Below are positions 7,354 through 8,778 of a DNA stretch of 8,778 bases, piece after piece. Source of the DNA: Zygophlyctis sp. KS116 (lineage: Eukaryota; Fungi; Chytridiomycota); contig BAAFSQ010000366.1 in NCBI GenBank assembly GCA_054661495.1, positions 1 to 8,778 of the forward strand, given 5' to 3'. The translations under genes were made by a program, and so were the position numbers. The notes below the pieces were generated by a model. It ran no database searches. It was not told the DNA's origin and saw only the letters and a program-made list of their open reading frames with translations. The first letter of the stretch is position 1; each line of letters begins with the position of its first letter.

Positions 7354-8252
7354 TTATTGTTTGAAATGGAGCGTTCTACATTTTCCAGCAAGATCTTTCC
7401 AAATTTCACCATTTAATCCTTTTTTTCCAGCCATATTACAAACAGAATGTGCTTGAGAATCTCCACCAACTTCTAAAAAAACTGATGATTTTGAATTTTT
7501 CTTCACTAAAATCGGTATCAAATCTATAATTCTTTTGTAAAACAAGAGTCCGTCATCTTTTGCGAATAGCGCAGAATGATCTTCCCAATCCAGTACATCT
7601 TGGCCCAAGTCACTGAATTCATTAAAAGAGATATAAGGAGGATTAGAGACAATTACATCAAAATTCCCTGAAATCGGAAGATCCTTGAATATATCTGCAT
7701 GAATAAATGATAATCTAGTTTTTGGAATTTCCAATTTCCTTTGATTAACTAGAGCCAGCCTATAAGCAGATAATGAATTATCTATCCCTATCACTTGAGC
7801 ATTGACTCCCAAATTTGATAAATTAGAAGCTATCGCCAATGATATACATCCAGATCCTGAACATAAATCTAAAATTCTTAGTTCCTTTTGGGAATTTGTC
7901 TCAACAGAACCTTTTAAAAGATCAATTACTTTCAATGTCCTACTTTTAGCTGTAAAATATACCATTCTTCTGTTTCCCAGCGAGGAATTAAAGTTGGAGG
8001 CCTCGTTCTAATCTCCAATCCACAAAAAGGCTGAGATCTAAGAATATACTGTAGTGGTTTATGATAAACTATCCGATCTCTAATCCAAGCATTGAGCCGA
8101 TTCCTTTCTCTTAAAGTAAATGTATGTAGCAATGACTCTAGATGATGCAAGTTTCCTCCTTTCCTATAACCACTCCTTTTCTCCAATATAGCTTGAATCA
8201 TCCATTTTAACTCTTGCCGAGGCAAATCCTTCCATCGTTCATAAATCCACAT
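7354..8252 (-). CDS. MTQ1: HemK/PrmC-family release-factor glutamine N5-methyltransferase (mitochondrial MTQ1/HEMK1 type), about 291 aa
   Basis: Exons 8252-7963 and 7939-7354; the 23-nt intron 7962-7940 joins the two overlapping ORFs. Motifs KPLQYIL..QPF, TLIPRWETEEW, ILDLCSGSGCI (SAM binding) and VSNPPYI. First in-frame ATG after the upstream TAG (8291-8289) is 8252; the track start 8276 is TTG. Confidence 0.92.
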
Positions 8253-8644
8253 CCACTCTTCGTGGAAAATATGCAAAATGAGTATGGCCTAGTACAACAT
8301 TAGTGAATCTATGGATAATGATTCAGAAGAAGATGCTGGATCTGATTAACTAGTTTTAAGAACATCTAATAGATTTAGTCCAGTCTCTTGAGAATCGTTT
8401 TTAGTTTCCATTGGCCAGTCCATCAGCATCAATTAACTTCTAAAGCCATCATTGACGAAGCAGAGAATCGTTTTCCTACTTTGTAACAGCCTTGACTATT
8501 TCTGCTCTTTATGGGATATACTCACCATTTCCACACATTAGATCCTATTCGACTTTGCGCATTGCGTAATGCTACAATGTGACTTTCTCATTCTATTTTT
8601 ATCATATGTATATTTAGAATGCACCATTTATAGATAGTTGGTTT

Positions 8645-8778
8645 ATGGAATCTTTTAAACAGAAGTTTATTAGCCTCTCAAACAATATGATATTAAAAAT
8701 AACAAATCTTCCAATAGATATTATGATAATGATCATTGAGCGGTTGCAATTAGAAGATTCATCCAATCTTTGCACAGC
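8645..8778 (+). CDS. F-box protein, N-terminal fragment running off the window
   Basis: MESFKQKFISLSNNMILKITNLPIDIMIMIIERLQLEDSSNLCT: fits the F-box pattern L..LP.(D/E)I...I...L...D...L..; start at 8645 or 8687. Confidence 0.65.
   Translation, partial: MESFKQKFISLSNNMILKITNLPIDIMIMIIERLQLEDSSNLCT

Noticed and set aside
7932-7965. Programmed frameshift or pseudogene in the HemK gene (overlapping ORFs)
   Set aside because: Fully explained by a 23-nt GT-AG intron.
1146-8011. Short antisense ORFs 1146-1343, 3778-3975, 5140-5322 and 7802-8011
   Set aside because: Shadows of well-supported genes on the opposite strand.
8289-8545. Coding-like minus-strand sequence upstream of MTQ1 (e.g. DLMCGNGEY; a frame continuous with MTQ1) and a short repeat of AGAATCGTTTT
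   Set aside because: Multiple stops with no consistent tiny-intron rescue and no identifiable family; could be a decayed gene but cannot be supported.
1-8778. Prokaryotic operon, CRISPR array, tRNA/rRNA or transposon
   Set aside because: Spliceosomal introns and eukaryote-specific genes throughout; no repeat-spacer array, RNA gene fold, transposase or terminal repeats seen.

Overview
AT-rich, very compact eukaryotic DNA; the ORF track is fragmented because genes are split by tiny GT-AG introns (13 coding introns of 23-30 nt reconstructed by hand). A ciliary gene (CEP104) together with fungal-type surface proteins suggests a flagellated, chytrid-like fungus (inference). From left to right: (1) a tandem array of GPI-anchored, Cys-rich CFEM-like surface protein genes (one partial, one intact, two decayed copies; 16-1847); (2) an LKAAEAR1-family gene (-) head-to-head with a 9-exon CEP104 gene (+), first ATGs only 16 nt apart; (3) COA4 (-), overlapped on the same strand by an OXLD1/Oxidored-like ORF that the ORF track missed and that has no obvious AUG start (candidate bicistronic mitochondrial locus); (4) a Cys-rich single-pass membrane protein (+); (5) a HemK/MTQ1 glutamine methyltransferase (-); (6) the start of an F-box gene (+). 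All family calls come from recalled motifs, not from database searches.
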